Source of the DNA: Takakia lepidozioides
Lineage: Eukaryota; Plantae; Bryophyta
Direction: 5' to 3'
Assembly: GCA_030704615.1 (NCBI GenBank)
Contig: CM060731.1
Location: 7,564,001 to 7,628,000, forward strand
DNA: 64,000 nucleotides
The notes under the pieces were generated by a model, which saw only the letters and a program-made list of their open reading frames with translations, did not search any database and was not told where the DNA came from. Position numbers and translations under genes: made by a program. Every line of letters begins with the position of its first letter. The first letter of the stretch is position 1. Positions 1 to 12,900 of the stretch are shown piece by piece.

Positions 1-1082
1 CTTATGTTCTGTCATCATGTCATTCTCAATGCATCAGTGAATGTTTTACAAGGGCTTGCGAATAGAAGGATGGAGAGTACAAGTAATTTCACATCCACGA
101 GGCATCTTACTGAGTAGAACAACATTATTGAACATCAGGCAAGGCCGTCAGCTAAGAGTGCCTCACAACAAAATAAGAATGTTTGTGTAGTAGAAACACC
201 TTTGGAAAGCCACATAACCAGGTTGAAACCAATGATGATTTCACATAGCTCTGTGGCATTCCCAACCTGCCCCTATAAAAAGTTCCAACGAGATGCACCA
301 TGTGTCAACCTTCAACAAAGCTTGTGTTGAATGGGCTCATGTCAGCACACAACAACAATTCAATGTCGACCAAGAAAAGCTTGAGTCATTTATTAGTCTC
401 TCTCTTGTTTCTGGTTCTCTTGGTACATTTTAATTCAGGCATGTTCTATAAGCAATATTTACAACTTGGTAGCATGAAGCTGTAGAAATGTCCTTCGCGT
501 AGAAAGGTGCTTGTTGTAGTTGTGATGTTATGGACCTGGACAGAGAGATATGGATGTGTGACTTGGGGAGGAAGGGCTGCAGGTGACCTTTATTCCAGAG
601 GAGAAACCTCCGCCAGCCTTCCATCACTCATGAGAGCTTGGGGGCATAACATACACGTTGTATTCATATAGCTTCCTAGACTTTTGGCCAGGTTGGCTCT
701 AAATTAGGGCCTGCCGTTCAAGAAGCGATTTCAATTGATTAGATGTGGACTATCACGGACATAGCCCAGAGGAACTTACCAGGAGTAAATACCAGAAATT
801 ACCAAGTTACCATGTTACTGGAAGTTACCATGACTTACCGTGATTTATCATGATCTACCATGATTTACCATTAGTTACCAAGTTACCGGGAGTTTACCAA
901 TTTACCAAGAGTAACTTGGGAAACTGGTGAGGAAGCTTCCTTTGGAGGAAACTTCTTCATCAAGATACCTCATTTGTTTAAGGAAGCTTCTCCATCAAGA
1001 AACATTTGTTTAATCTTGGAAACTTCTCCATCAATAAACCTCTATAGGGGAAGCTTCTTAGGGAACTTCTTAGTAGCCAGTA

Positions 1083-1805
1083 TGTCGCGCACCTCACTTC
1101 GGTAAGCTCCCCCCTCAAGTCATAGTTACTCGCTTTGATGCGCGCGCCTGACTCCCAACCGCCACCGGGCCAACTTGGAGCTTCGGCTGCTCACCGGGAC
1201 ATAACGGTCCCCCTTCGCTCTCCCGAAAGACCCTCCACCTATTTGGGCCTAGTGGAATTCCCTTTGGTAGATGGCAGTCCGGAACAGCTCCCCACTCTTT
1301 GGTCGCTTTCCGGCTCGCTCGCTTACTCACTAGTTTTTGGTCACCAACGGGTTTGCACCGTTCTCGGGGTTACTACTCCCTATATATACTTCTGTAGCTG
1401 TCCGCGGGGGTTTCACAACCAGCCATGCCATTTTATGGCGAACCACCACGAAGACCCTCGATTCCCGGTGGTGAGTCGCGGTGAGTCTTGGCCCGCTCAC
1501 CACGGCCCCTATGGACCGTGACGAGTCCCAAGACTCCCCACGACTCCCACCACGAGGTCTCCGCCCCCATGGTGAGTCCTATGCCACCCCCACTAAGTCC
1601 CACTAAGCTACCACCACCCCTTGTGGAGCCACCCCCACCGCAACCCGGTGTGCGGGGCTCCACCTAGTGAGCGCCTCCGCTCCTGAGTGCCTTGGGCACT
1701 CAAGGGTGCTTCAGCCCCCCATACCTATCGTTGTTGCTGCCCCCACCACAGGGGCAGCCCCTCATGTGTCCCGACCCCCTGCCCTCAAGGCAAAGGGCCG
1801 CGACA
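1083..1805 (-). repeat. 3' LTR of A1
   Basis: Direct repeat of 6101-6808; preceded on the - strand by the purine-rich GTTGGTAGGGGTGTG tract. Confidence 0.95.
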
Positions 1806-2708
1806 CACACCCCTACCAACAGGGAGTCGATGTCCTCATCGACTTGTCCATTTTGTAGAAACGAACATCCAAGTTGTGGCATCCCACATCAAGGAGTTTG
1901 TTTCTGTACCATGGCGTCCCATGGCAAAGAACCAAACCCCACACTTGACTCTACTCTCCACTAGCTAGTTCGGCCCGACTTCCTCCAAGTCCCGGCCAAG
2001 GGTGGAGCCTCTCCAGCTCCTCCCAGTGCACTCTTCTTGGCCTACTTCAAGGCCAAGGAACGATCCTCCCCGAGGATCGAATCGCCTTATTGCAACAACA
2101 TTGCTTGCGATCGCTCATGATGCCGCTTTTGGCATCACCTTGAGCAAGGGTTCACCTGGAACCCTCTTTGACTAGGAAGATAACCTTGAACCAACCGTGC
2201 GCCCCAATCACTACAATTGGGTCCGCCTTGGAATGCTGGCCTGAGGTACGGGAACACGCCGAAGCCGCACTACGACTTCGTCCCGAGGCTACACGATTAT
2301 AGTACGTGAACGGAAGCACGTAGCTTCCGCGTTAGCCCGCACTACAAGGCAACCCCCTCGGTAGCGCAGTTATAGTACGCGCACGCGCCAGGTGCGCACT
2401 AGCACGTGAACTCCCAAAGAAGGCGCAAGTTTCCTTGCCCCTTGGATGGGAGTCACCCGATTTCGGCACTGCGCAAACACACGATTAACCCAATTTACCT
2501 CTCCCACTTTTGTAAGCTAGCATGCATTCTACACACTAGCCAACCACACCATGCATCACCATTCCAAACACAATAGGACGCACAATATTTGGAACCCATT
2601 TCCTTTATAACAAATTTTTACAATACAGTTTTTGCAATCGGATTCCTGAGCTAGCTAAACCGGGCTAAGCATGCATTTCCTCCCCACGCTCCAAGGTTGA
2701 TGTCCCCA

Positions 2709-5298
2709 TCAACGCTTCTTCCGCTTTTGAGGTCGCCCTTCGAAAGCTGCAACCGCCCTCGGATGCGTTTCCCATTTCTGAGGCACGCACCCAAGATGCC
2801 TCCACATGATGATAGCCCTTCCATTTGACGAGATACTCCGTTTCTCGGTTCCTGAACCTCTCGACTTAAGTATTGCCTCCACCTCGTACTCAGGTTCATT
2901 TTCATGATCCAACAGCATAGGTGGCGGACGCAACACTTGATGCCGATTCGGACGCGCTTCATCTTTGAAGTAAGGTTTTCAAAAGGAGACATGGAATACT
3001 GGGTGCACCTTGCTGTTTGCCGCAGCTCCAATTCATACACATCTCATTCATAACCTTCCGAATGCGAAAGGGTCCCGCATACGGAGGTACGAACTTCGGA
3101 CTCACTTCCGGAGGTAGTCGGAAATTCTTGATGTTCAACCAGACCTCTGTGCCTGCCTCAAACTTCACTTCCATCCGCTTCCGATTCGCCTGCCTTTCAT
3201 ACCGTTTCCTAGCTTTGGCAATATTGTACTTTGCGAGCTTCAACAAACGCTCGCGTTCTTCCAGTACTGCCGCTACTGCCGGTTCCTCAACGTCCTGGGC
3301 GGCCCAACTTGTCGGCACCAGAGGTGCTTTTCCATAGACCAATACAAAAGGGGAAACTCCCGTTGCGGAGTGTTCTGTGTTATTATAACAGAACTCTGCC
3401 GCGTCTAAGTGTTCCATCCAGTCTGATTGGTCTGCCGACACGTAATTCCGCAAGAATTGCTTCACTACGGAATTCACTCTTTCCGTTTGGCCGTCCGTCG
3501 TAGGTCGGAAGGCGGTGCTCATCTTCAGCCTCGTCCCCATCTTCTTCCAAAGTGTCCTCCAAAATTTACTCGTAAACTTTGGATCGCGGTCCGAGACAAT
3601 ATCCTTCGGGACTCCATGATGCTTTAAGACGTGGGCGAAGTAAAGTCGCCCTGTCTCCTGTGCCGTTGCCGTCTCCTTGGTGGGGATGAAATGGCCCATT
3701 TTACTGAACCTATCCACCACCACCATGATTGCATTGAATCCTTTTGACAGCGGCATAGCAGTCATGAAATCCATCGAGACGCTTTCCCAAGTCCCCTCTG
3801 AATCGGCAAGGGTTGTAACAGCCCCCGCTTGCTTTTTGTACTCGCTCCGGTTTTGTTGGCATGTGGTGCATGTCTTGACATACTCCTCTGCCTCCTCCCT
3901 CAGTTTGGGCCAGAAATACTCTTTCTTCAGGAGTGCCGCAGTGCGCTTGGCTCCGCCGTGGCCCGCAAGCGGGCTATCATGGCATTCTCTCAAGAGGCTA
4001 TCTCCGATCCCTCCCTTCGGCACGTAGAGACGCTTTTGCTTATACCGGAGCAACCCATTTTTGCAAGTGGAACTGCGATTTAACCCCCATTCTCAAGTCC
4101 TGCATCACGGACTTTGCCAGCTCATCCTTCCGGCAAGCCTTCCAGATCTTCCTTTGGAGCGCCGTCTCGCCCTTGTACACCAACAAGAGCTGTTGCTTTC
4201 TACTTAAAGCATCGGCCACCACATTGTCCCGTCCCGTTTGTACTGGATATCCACGTCGAACACCGCCAAAGTATCTTGCCACCTAAGTTGTTTTGGAGAC
4301 AACTTGGGCTGTGTGGCAAAATACTTCATTGTGACATTGTCCGTGAACACCTTCACTGGGTTGGAACCAACATAGTGGCGCCAAAGCTCAAGGCAATGCA
4401 CCACCGCCTTCATCTCTTTTTCGTGCGTTGGCCACCGTCGCTCCACTTCATTCAGTTTCTTACTTTCGTAAGCCACTGGACGTCCATCTTGCATAAGTAC
4501 ACCCCAATCGCGAAGTCCGATGCATCTGTATGAATCTCAAACGGACGATCGAACTCCGGGATTTTCAAGACTGGAGCTTCCGTCATCCGCTGCTTCAATT
4601 CAGCAAAAGCTTGGCCACAAAATGTGTTCCATACCCAGACTTTGGATTTACACAGAAGGTCCGACAACGGCCCCGACGATCTTGGCGAAATTTCTCTCAC
4701 ATACTTCCGGTAATAGGAGGCGAGTCCTAGGAAGGATCGCACTCCCGGGACCGAAGTCGGAGGCTCCCAGTCCAAGATCGCCCTCACCTTTCTGTCATCC
4801 ATTTTGATCCCATCCTGTGTAATCATCATGCCCCAGGAACTCCACTTTTGTGACCCGAATTCGCACTTTGAAGCTTTGGCATACAGCTTCCCTTCCCGCA
4901 ATTTTTGGAACACCCTTTTTAGGTGCTCCAGGTGCTCCTCATTTGTTTTCGAGTACACCAAGATGTCGTCGATGTACACGATCACAAAGTCATCCAACCA
5001 CTCCTGGAAAAGGCTGTTCATCAGCGTACTAAATGTCGCTGGTGCATTGGTGAGCCCAAAAGGCATCACCAAGAACTCATATGAACCATACCTTGTCCTG
5101 CACGCGGTTTCTCCTCATCTCTCCCGCACCGAATTTGGTGATAGCCGGAGCGCAAGTCGATCCGGCTGAAATACTTCGCTCCTGCCAACCGATCGAAGAG
5201 GTCGTCGATCCTTGGCAAGGGTACCGGTTTTTTATAGTCACCTTATTCAGAGCCCTGTAATCGACACACATCCGCAGCGTCCCATCCTTCTTGTCTGC
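2709..5298 (-). pseudogene. pol: pol of A1 (RT, RNase H, integrase, chromodomain), frameshifted
   Basis: [49 protein letters not shown]...CTTCQ, SMDF, SDRDPKF, TDGQTER, GPFRI and EYEVEAIL motifs spread across several frames. Confidence 0.93.
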
Positions 5299-5375
5299 AG
5301 ACTCAGCTCAAGGATCTAATGTCAAAGGGGTACATCCGGCCGAGTAAGTCACCTTACGGAGCCCCGGTGCTATTC

Positions 5376-6045
5376 TGCCATGTCCGCGACTTCGAGCAAC
5401 AGCACATTGAAAGCCTGGACATATCCCCGAATGTCATCTGTTTGCTTCAAATTCCTCATCTTGTCCCGGGCGGAGCCAGGAGCGTTGAGGGGCACAAACT
5501 GTCTCTTCATCAATTCTTGAACCCACTCCAGTTCAAGGTTTCGGGCTTGGACCTCGGTCGTGAAGGCGTTTTCTGCCACCATTGTTGAGCATAGCCCTCA
5601 AATAGGTGGGAGCCACTTCCACCCGATCCTCGTCACTCAACTTGGCCGCCCGGAAGTACTGCTCTAGCTCCAAGAGCCAAGTGTTGAGTGCCTTCCGATT
5701 TCGGACGCCCTCGAAGGTGCCAGGTTCCTTAGGCTTCACCTTAAACTTTGCCTTAGCGGAAGTGGCATTAGCCGCCTTCAACACGTCTTTCAACGTCCCG
5801 CCAAATTGCGCCAACAACCCTTCCAAAAGGCTGCCGGCATGGGAGGCATCTCTTGGTTTGTCGGAGCATCTCTCAAGGATTCCTCGGGCTCCGACTCCTC
5901 GATTCCTCCCGCTCTTGGGCGGCCTCGTTTTCGGAACATGCATCGCTTCCTCAAACGGCCGCCTCGGTGACACGCCGCCCCCATCGGCTCACCGGGATCA
6001 TCATCTTTGGGCCGTTCCGGTTTGCTTCGGCTTGCCCGACCCCAT
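5376..6045 (-). pseudogene. gag: gag of A1, 3'-truncated
   Basis: KPKEPGTFEG...WLLELEQYF...LKQTDDIRGYV, matching the A2 and A3 gag; stops at the internal deletion. Confidence 0.9.
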
Positions 6046-6100
6046 GATGAGGCCAATCCCAAGGACAATCGCGTACTGAACTCTAAGCTCTGATACCAAG

Positions 6101-6808
6101 TGCGCGCACCTCACTTCGGTAAGCTCCCCCCTCAGTCATAGTTACTCGCTTTGATGCGCGCGCTTGACTCCCCAACCCGCCGCCGGGCCAACTTGGAGCT
6201 TCGGCTGCTCACGGACTAACGGTCCCCCTTCGCTCTCCCGAAAGACCCTCCACCTATTTGGGCTAGTGGAATTCCTTTGGTAGATGGCAGTCCGGAACAG
6301 TTCCCACTCTTTGGTCGCTTTCCGGCTCGCTCGCTTACTCACTAGTTTTTGGTCACCAACGGGTTTGCACCGTTCTCGGGGTTACTACTCCCTATATATA
6401 CTTCTGTAGCTGTCCGCGGGGTTTTCACAACCAGCCATGCCATTTTTGGCGAACCACACGAAGACCCTCGATTTCCGGTGGTGAGTCGCGGTGAGTCTTG
6501 GCCCGCTCACCACGGCCCTATGGACCGTGACGAGTCCCAAGACTCCCACGACTCCCACCACGAGGTCTCCGCCCCATGGTGAGTCCTATGCCACCCCCAG
6601 TAAGTCCCACTAAGCTCCACCACCCCTTGTGGAGCCACCCCCCCACAACCCGGTGTGCAGGCTCCACCTAGTGAGCGCCTCCGCTTCCCTGAGTGCCTTG
6701 GGCACTCAAGGTGCTTCAGCCCCCATACCTATCGCTGTTGCTGCCCCCCCACAGGGGCAGCCCCTCATGTGTCCCGACCCCCTGCCCTCAAGGCAAAGGG
6801 CCGCGACA
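6101..6808 (-). repeat. 5' LTR of A1
   Basis: Direct repeat of 1083-1805; followed on the - strand by CT plus TGGTATCAGAGC (PBS). Confidence 0.95.
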
Positions 6809-9126
6809 CAGTATATATAGGAGGCGAGACTGGACACTCTTCAGTCTCGCCAACACAAGTTCAAGCTACTCTTGTTCCCAGTCCCAAGTACTCCAGTCCA
6901 GCTTCTAGTACTCTAGTCCAGTTTCCAGTATCTGGTACCCCAGTCCAGTTTCCAGCATTCCAGTATTCGAGTCGAGTTCCAGTATCATGTACTCTTGTCC
7001 ATTGTTATAAACATCATCTTGATTCATGTTTATCCACCAAGCATTTGGCCACGCCGACCTTGACTTCTTGTCTAGTCTTGTACTTCTAGTCTGACATCTT
7101 GTTTGTGTTCAGTCATGTTCTCGTCCTTGACATAGACCATGGAGAACATATAGAAGTGCTGTCAAATGTTTCTTGCATATCTCCATGTCACTAAATTATC
7201 TACTTTTCCATTCATAACCCCCCATTTTCCTCCTCCTGTAAGCATGACATGTAAGGTAATCTTAGCTGAATTGTTGCTTGTTTGTTAGGACTTGAAATAG
7301 GGAATGCCACACTATTTCACTTTCCATACACAATAACACTTTGTGTAATTCTCCAAACTTGGTGGCACCTGGGGTGTAATCAGTAATGAACTGGGCACTC
7401 TTGTGTATTTTAGGTATCATAACATAGTAAGGACATTCACCCGAGCTGTTTGTATGTGTGTGTGTTTGCACATGTTGGACACCAGATATGAACTAGTCAT
7501 AGATTTGTTCTAAACTCCTCACCCATTGCCAAAGTTGGAAGATGGTGTGTGCAACAGCAATCCATCACTAGAAGCATTCGTGTTTTTTCCGATTCGACTG
7601 CATGTCCGCGACCACTCCGGGAACCACTTGGTAGTAAACGGGACTACTGGAGAGTCGAAACAGACAATGTGGGCCCACAGGGGCATTTCAGACGGCGGAC
7701 AGAAGTGGGGTCAACGACTCCGGAGTCGTAGCAGAATTCCGGGCTATTTTACGAATTGCGTAAATACATAAAATTTGAAAAAGCCAAAATTACAAGTGGT
7801 TGTAATTACTGCACATGCGACTACAAATTTTCTTTCCTAATTCGATTAATGGAATAAAGATATTTATTCATTAAAGTGAATATGTAGTCGACTCAATGAC
7901 TTCGTGAACCACTGCGCATTCATTGCACCCATGACTCGGCAGCACATTTGTTGACGTGGCTTTCACAAAAAAAGGTAAACAAAATGTGGCCTTGGGGGAA
8001 TAGATATTTTAATACGTGCTGATGCAAGTGCTGCGTCGGACATGGCGGGACGTGGGAGTGGAAATCCTGACACGGCAAGGCCTTCGTATACTGTGAGCAC
8101 GCGTAGTGGCTTCTCAGAACGGTGTACATCGGGGTCTTGGTCATTCATCATTTACAGAATGTGCTGGATGGAGGCACGATGGAGCGTGCATACGGGCATG
8201 CCCTTCTGGCATCAATTCCCAAGTATCCACGCAAGGTGAGGCTGCTGAATTGGGTTTTTTGCCCGTCTAGTTTTCTGACAGCATGCTCGAAACGTCATAG
8301 TGCCATTGATTGGCATCGCAATAATTTGATGTGTAGCTGCTTTTCCATTTCACAAGTTATGCAGAAGGCGTCACAGAAGAAGATCGCAAAGACGTCAAGG
8401 CTGAAGAATATGCCCTTTGGTTGTGAACTACAACCATATCATGCCAAACCCCATTTTCCCCACGCAGATGAGGGAGACATTCTGCATTTGCGAGTGGGAC
8501 TTAATTCCTCTAAACCCAGCTTGAAGGCAGTTGTGACACCAGAGAAACTGGAAACTACCTCCAAGAAAGTTGAAACTCGCAAGATAGTCATGTATTCGTC
8601 TCATTATCTCCAACTGGGATTCCGAGTTATCATCCGACCCTTTACATGTGCGCTGGAATGGAGTATAATTCTGGTTTAGGCAGTTATTGCCACCAGACGT
8701 TCGCTTCTCCAATTTTTACATTTAAGGATGTCTCTGTGTTTATGGCACTCTTTCTCCCAAGGAGGCCTGAGTACCCCCCTGTACTTGCAAGAATTTGATG
8801 TGTAGCTGCTTTTCTCTTCATAAATTATGAAGAAGCAGTCACAGAAGAAGATCGCAAAGAGGTCAAGGCTGAAAGCGTTCATTAAGGTTGTGAACTACAA
8901 TCATATCATGCCAAACCAGCGGCGGCAGATGGTGTCATGAGACATTCTGCGATTTGCGCATAGGTGGACTTAATTTTTGATGTTGACTTGAAGGCAGTTG
9001 TGACACCAGTGAAACTGGAAACTACAGGTTAGATGATGGCGTGCTGCATCGCGACATAAACCTGCATTTGACATTCAGGCTTAGGATTCATGCAATTTGG
9101 TGCTAGTCAGGCCTGCACAGTTCCAG

Positions 9127-9848
9127 TGTCGCGGCCCTTTGCCTTGAGGGCAGGGGGGTCGGGACACATGAGGGGTTGCCCCTGTGGTGGGGGCAGCGGG
9201 CAGCGATAGGTATGGGGGGCTGAAGCACCCTTGAGTGCCCAAGGCACTCAAGGAGGCGGAGGCGCTCACTAGGTGGAGCCCCGCACACCGGGTTGCGGTG
9301 GGGGTGGCTCCACAAGGGGTGGTGGTAGCTTAGCGGGACTTAGTGGGGGTGGCATAGGACTCACCATGGGGGCGGAGACCTCGTGGTGGGAGTCGTGGGG
9401 AGTCTTGGGACTCATCACGGTCCATAGGGGCCGTGGTGAGTGGGCCAAGACTCACCGCGACTCATCACCGGGAGTCGAGGGTTTTCGTGGTGGTTCGCCA
9501 TAAAATGGCATGGCTGGTTGTGAAACCCCCGCGGACAGCTACAGAAGTATATATAGGGAGTAGTAACCCCGAGAACGGTGCAAGCCCGTTGGTGACCAAA
9601 AACTAGTGAGTAAGCGAGCGAGCCGGAAAGCGACCAAAGAGTGGGGAGCTGTTCCGGACTGCCACTACCAAAGGGAATTCTAGGCCAATCGGTGGAGGGT
9701 TCTTTGGAGAACAAAGGGGGACCGTTATGCCCCGGTGAGCAGCCGAAGCTCCAAGTTGGCCCGGCGGCCAGGTTGGGAGTCAGGCGCGCGCATCAAAGCG
9801 AGTAACTATGACTTGAAGGGGGAGCTTACCGAAGTGAGGTGCGCGACA
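9127..9848 (+). repeat. 5' LTR of A2
   Basis: TGTCGCGG...GCGCGACA, direct repeat of 15336-16059; TATATATA box near 9548. Confidence 0.95.
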
Positions 9849-9903
9849 CTTGGTATCAGAGCTTAGAGTTCAGTACGCGATCGTCCTTGGGATTGGCCTC
9901 ATC

Positions 9904-12900
9904 ATGGGGTCGGGCAAGCCGAAGCGAAAGCGGAACGGCCCAAAAGATGATGATCCTGGTGAGCCCGATGGGGGCGACGTGTCACCGAGGCGGCCGTTTG
10001 AGGAAGCGATGCATGTTTCCAAAACGAGGCCGCTCAAGAGCGGGAGGAATCCGAGGAGTCGGAGCCCGAGGAATCCTTGAGAGCTCCGACAACCAAGAGA
10101 TGCCTCCCATGCCGGCAGCCTTTTGGGAAGGGTTGTTGGCGCAGTTTGGCGGGACGTTGAAAGACGTGTTGAAGGCGGCTAATGCCACTTCCACTAAGGC
10201 AAAGTTTAAGGTGAAGCCTAAGGAACCCGGCACCTTCGAGGGCGTCCGAAATCGGAAGGCACTCAACACCTGGCTCCTGGAGCTAGAGCAGTACTTCCGG
10301 GCGGCCAAGTTGAGTGACGAGGATCGGGTGGAAGTGGCTCCCACCTATTTGAGGGGCTATGCTCAACAATGGCAGAAACGCCTTCACGACCGAGGTCCAA
10401 GCCCGGAAACCTTGAACTGGAGTGGGTTCAAGGAATTGATGAAGAGACAGTTTGTGCCCCTCAACGCGTCCTGGCTTGCCCGGGACAAGATGAGGAATTT
10501 GAAGCAAACAGATGACATTCGGGGTATGTCCAGGCTTTCAATGTGCTGTTGCTCGAAGTCGCGGACATGGCAGAACCAGAAATGGTCTTCAACTTTGTGG
10601 CGGGACTGGCCCCATGGGCCAGGCGGAAGTTGGAGGAGAAGCCACCCAAGACTTTGAACGAGGCAATTGAGAGGGCTGAATGTTTCTCGATGTCCCTAGG
10701 GGTGAAGACAAGGCCGTACGGAGCTGAACCACAAGAAGACCCGGCGGGAAGGTGACTCCTTCCGACCGGAAAAGAAGTGGGATAGGCCACGCGGCGACAA
10801 TGGCACGTGGAAATCGAAGGGAGGGCCTTCACACGTCAAGGCGGCACCCGGTGCTTCGAAAGGAAAAGCGGGTGGAGCGGCTTATGGCGGACAGAAGGCG
10901 ACCTTTGATGGAGTGTGTTTCAATTGCGGGGAGCCCGGGCACATGGCCAAGAAGTGCACAAACCCGACAATTGAACATGACTCGGGCAACCACGGCTGTC
11001 GGAAGATACCATCAGTCGCTTGGTGGAAGCGGTGGTCGCCAGGACTTGCAAGGTAGGCAACTTTCTTGTGAGTTGTATCAGGAAACTGGCGCCTGCGTAA
11101 AGGGAGTCAGTTATTGTTCGTGGATGGGATAATATCCGGAACTAATGTGTCGTTGTTGGTGGACACAGGAGCGTCGCACTCCTTCATGACGCCGGCGGCG
11201 GCGCGAAAGTTGGGACTCCCGACAAGTGACGTGGGGCCTCTATTGAGGTGCGTTCTGCCAAAGGAGAACCACAGTTGGCGACAAGGTTGGCGTTTGATGT
11301 TCCTCTTCAACTGGGGAGTTGGGAGGGACGTGAGAACTTCACCATCTGCGAGATCGATGGAGTGGATCTCATTTTGGGGATGACCTTTTTGAGCAAATCC
11401 GGAGCGGTCATAGATGGCCGCAAGAGAGTAGTCACGCTGCCATGTTGGGAATGGTGAGGTCTTACGAGTGTCGGAAACGCCCAAATCCGTGGGAGGGCGA
11501 ATAAACCTTCTGTCAGCAAGGGAGTGGGCCGTGGAGGAGGCACACGAGCCCCAGTTTTTGCTTTACATTAGAGAAGTGAAGGGAGAAGGCGATGGGGAGC
11601 CGAGCCCAGATTGGATCAAGGGGATTTTGGAGAAATACCAGGATGTGATGCCGGAGGATTTACCAAGCGGCTTGCCACCGCGAAGAGGAGTTGACCACAA
11701 GATTGAGGTGATACCGGGATCGGAACCGCCTGCCAAGGCGCCCTACCGTTTGAGCCACAGGAGTTGGTCGAGCTGAAGACTCAGCTCAAGGATCTAATGT
11801 CAAAGGGGTACATCCGGCCGAGTAAGTCACCTTACGGAGCCCCGGTGCTATTCGCAGACAAGAAGGATGGGACGCTGCGGATGTGTGTCGATTACAGGGC
11901 TCTGAATAAGGTGACTATCAAAAAACCGGTACCCTTTGCCAAGGATCGACGACCTCTTCGATCGGTTGGCAGGAGCGAAGTATTTCAGCCGGATCGACTT
12001 GCGCTCCGGCTATCATCAAATTCGGGTGGCGGAAGGAGATGAGGAGAAGACCGCGTGCAGGACAAGGTATGGTTCATATGAGTTCTTGGTGATGCCTTTT
12101 GGGCTCACCAATGCACCAGCGACATTTAGCACGCTGATGAACAGCCTTTTCCAGGAGTGGTTGGATGACTTTGTGATCGTGTACATCGACGACATCTTGG
12201 TGTACTCGAAAACAAAGGAGGCACCTGGAGCACCTCAAAAGGGTGTTCCAAAAATTGCGAGAAGGGAAGCTGTATGCCAAAGCTTCAAAGTGCGAATTCG
12301 GGGTCACAAAAGTGGAGTTCTGGGGCATGTGATTACACAGGATGGGATCAAAATGGATGACAGAAAGGTGAGGGCGATCTTGGACTGGGAGCCTCCGACT
12401 TCGGTCCCGGAGTGCGATCCTTCCTAGGACTCGCCTCCTATTACCGGAAGTATGTGAGAAATTTCGCCAAGATCGCGGGGCCGCTGTCGGACCTTCTGTG
12501 TAAATCCAAAGTCTGGGTATGGAACACATTTTGTGGCCAAGCTTTTGCTGAATTGAAGCAGCGGATGGCGGAAGCTCCAGTCTTGAAAATCCCGGAGTTC
12601 GATCGTCCGTTTGAGATTCATACAGATGCGTCGGACTTCGCGATTGGGGGTGTACTTATGCAAGATGGACGTCCAGTGGCTTACGAAAGTAAGAAACTGA
12701 ATGAAGTGGAGCGACGGTGGCCGACGCACGAAAAGAGATGAAGGCGGTGGTGCATTGCCTTGAGCTTTGGCGCCACTATGTTGGTTCCAACCAGTGAAGG
12801 TGTTCACGGACAATGTCACGGTGAAGTATTTTGCCACGCAGCCCAAGTTGTCCCCAAAACAACTTAGGTGGCAAGATACTTTGGCGGTGTTCGACGTGGA

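Larger units (their letters stand above)
1083..6808 (-). mobile_element. Ty3/Gypsy chromovirus (Galadriel-like) family A, copy A1, internally deleted
   Basis: LTRs 1083-1805 and 6101-6808 with TG...CA ends; perfect TSD CAGTA (1078-1082 / 6809-6813); tRNA-Met PBS at 6087-6098; PPT next to the 3' LTR; gag, RT, RNase H, integrase and chromodomain motifs on the - strand. Confidence 0.96.
751..7132 (+). mobile_element. Solo LTR of Gypsy family B, split by insertion of element A1 (LTR parts 751-1082 and 6814-7132)
   Basis: 751-1082 joined to 6814-7132 is colinear with the LTR at 29678-30304 (T[A/G]TCACGGACATAGCCCAG...GTCCTTGACA). Flanks TGGAC (746-750) and TAGAC (7133-7137) form a 5-bp TSD with one mismatch. 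No internal B sequence. Confidence 0.9.

Noticed and set aside
780-1080. TTACCA/GGAAGCTTC short repeat arrays as CRISPR-like or satellite
   Set aside because: No constant repeat with unique spacers; they are internal U3 repeats of the family-B LTR.
1115-1968. Many short ORFs in family-A LTRs (also at 6142-6908, 9081-9714, 15194-16329, 56703-57279)
   Set aside because: GC-rich LTR sequence; frames are not conserved between LTR copies.
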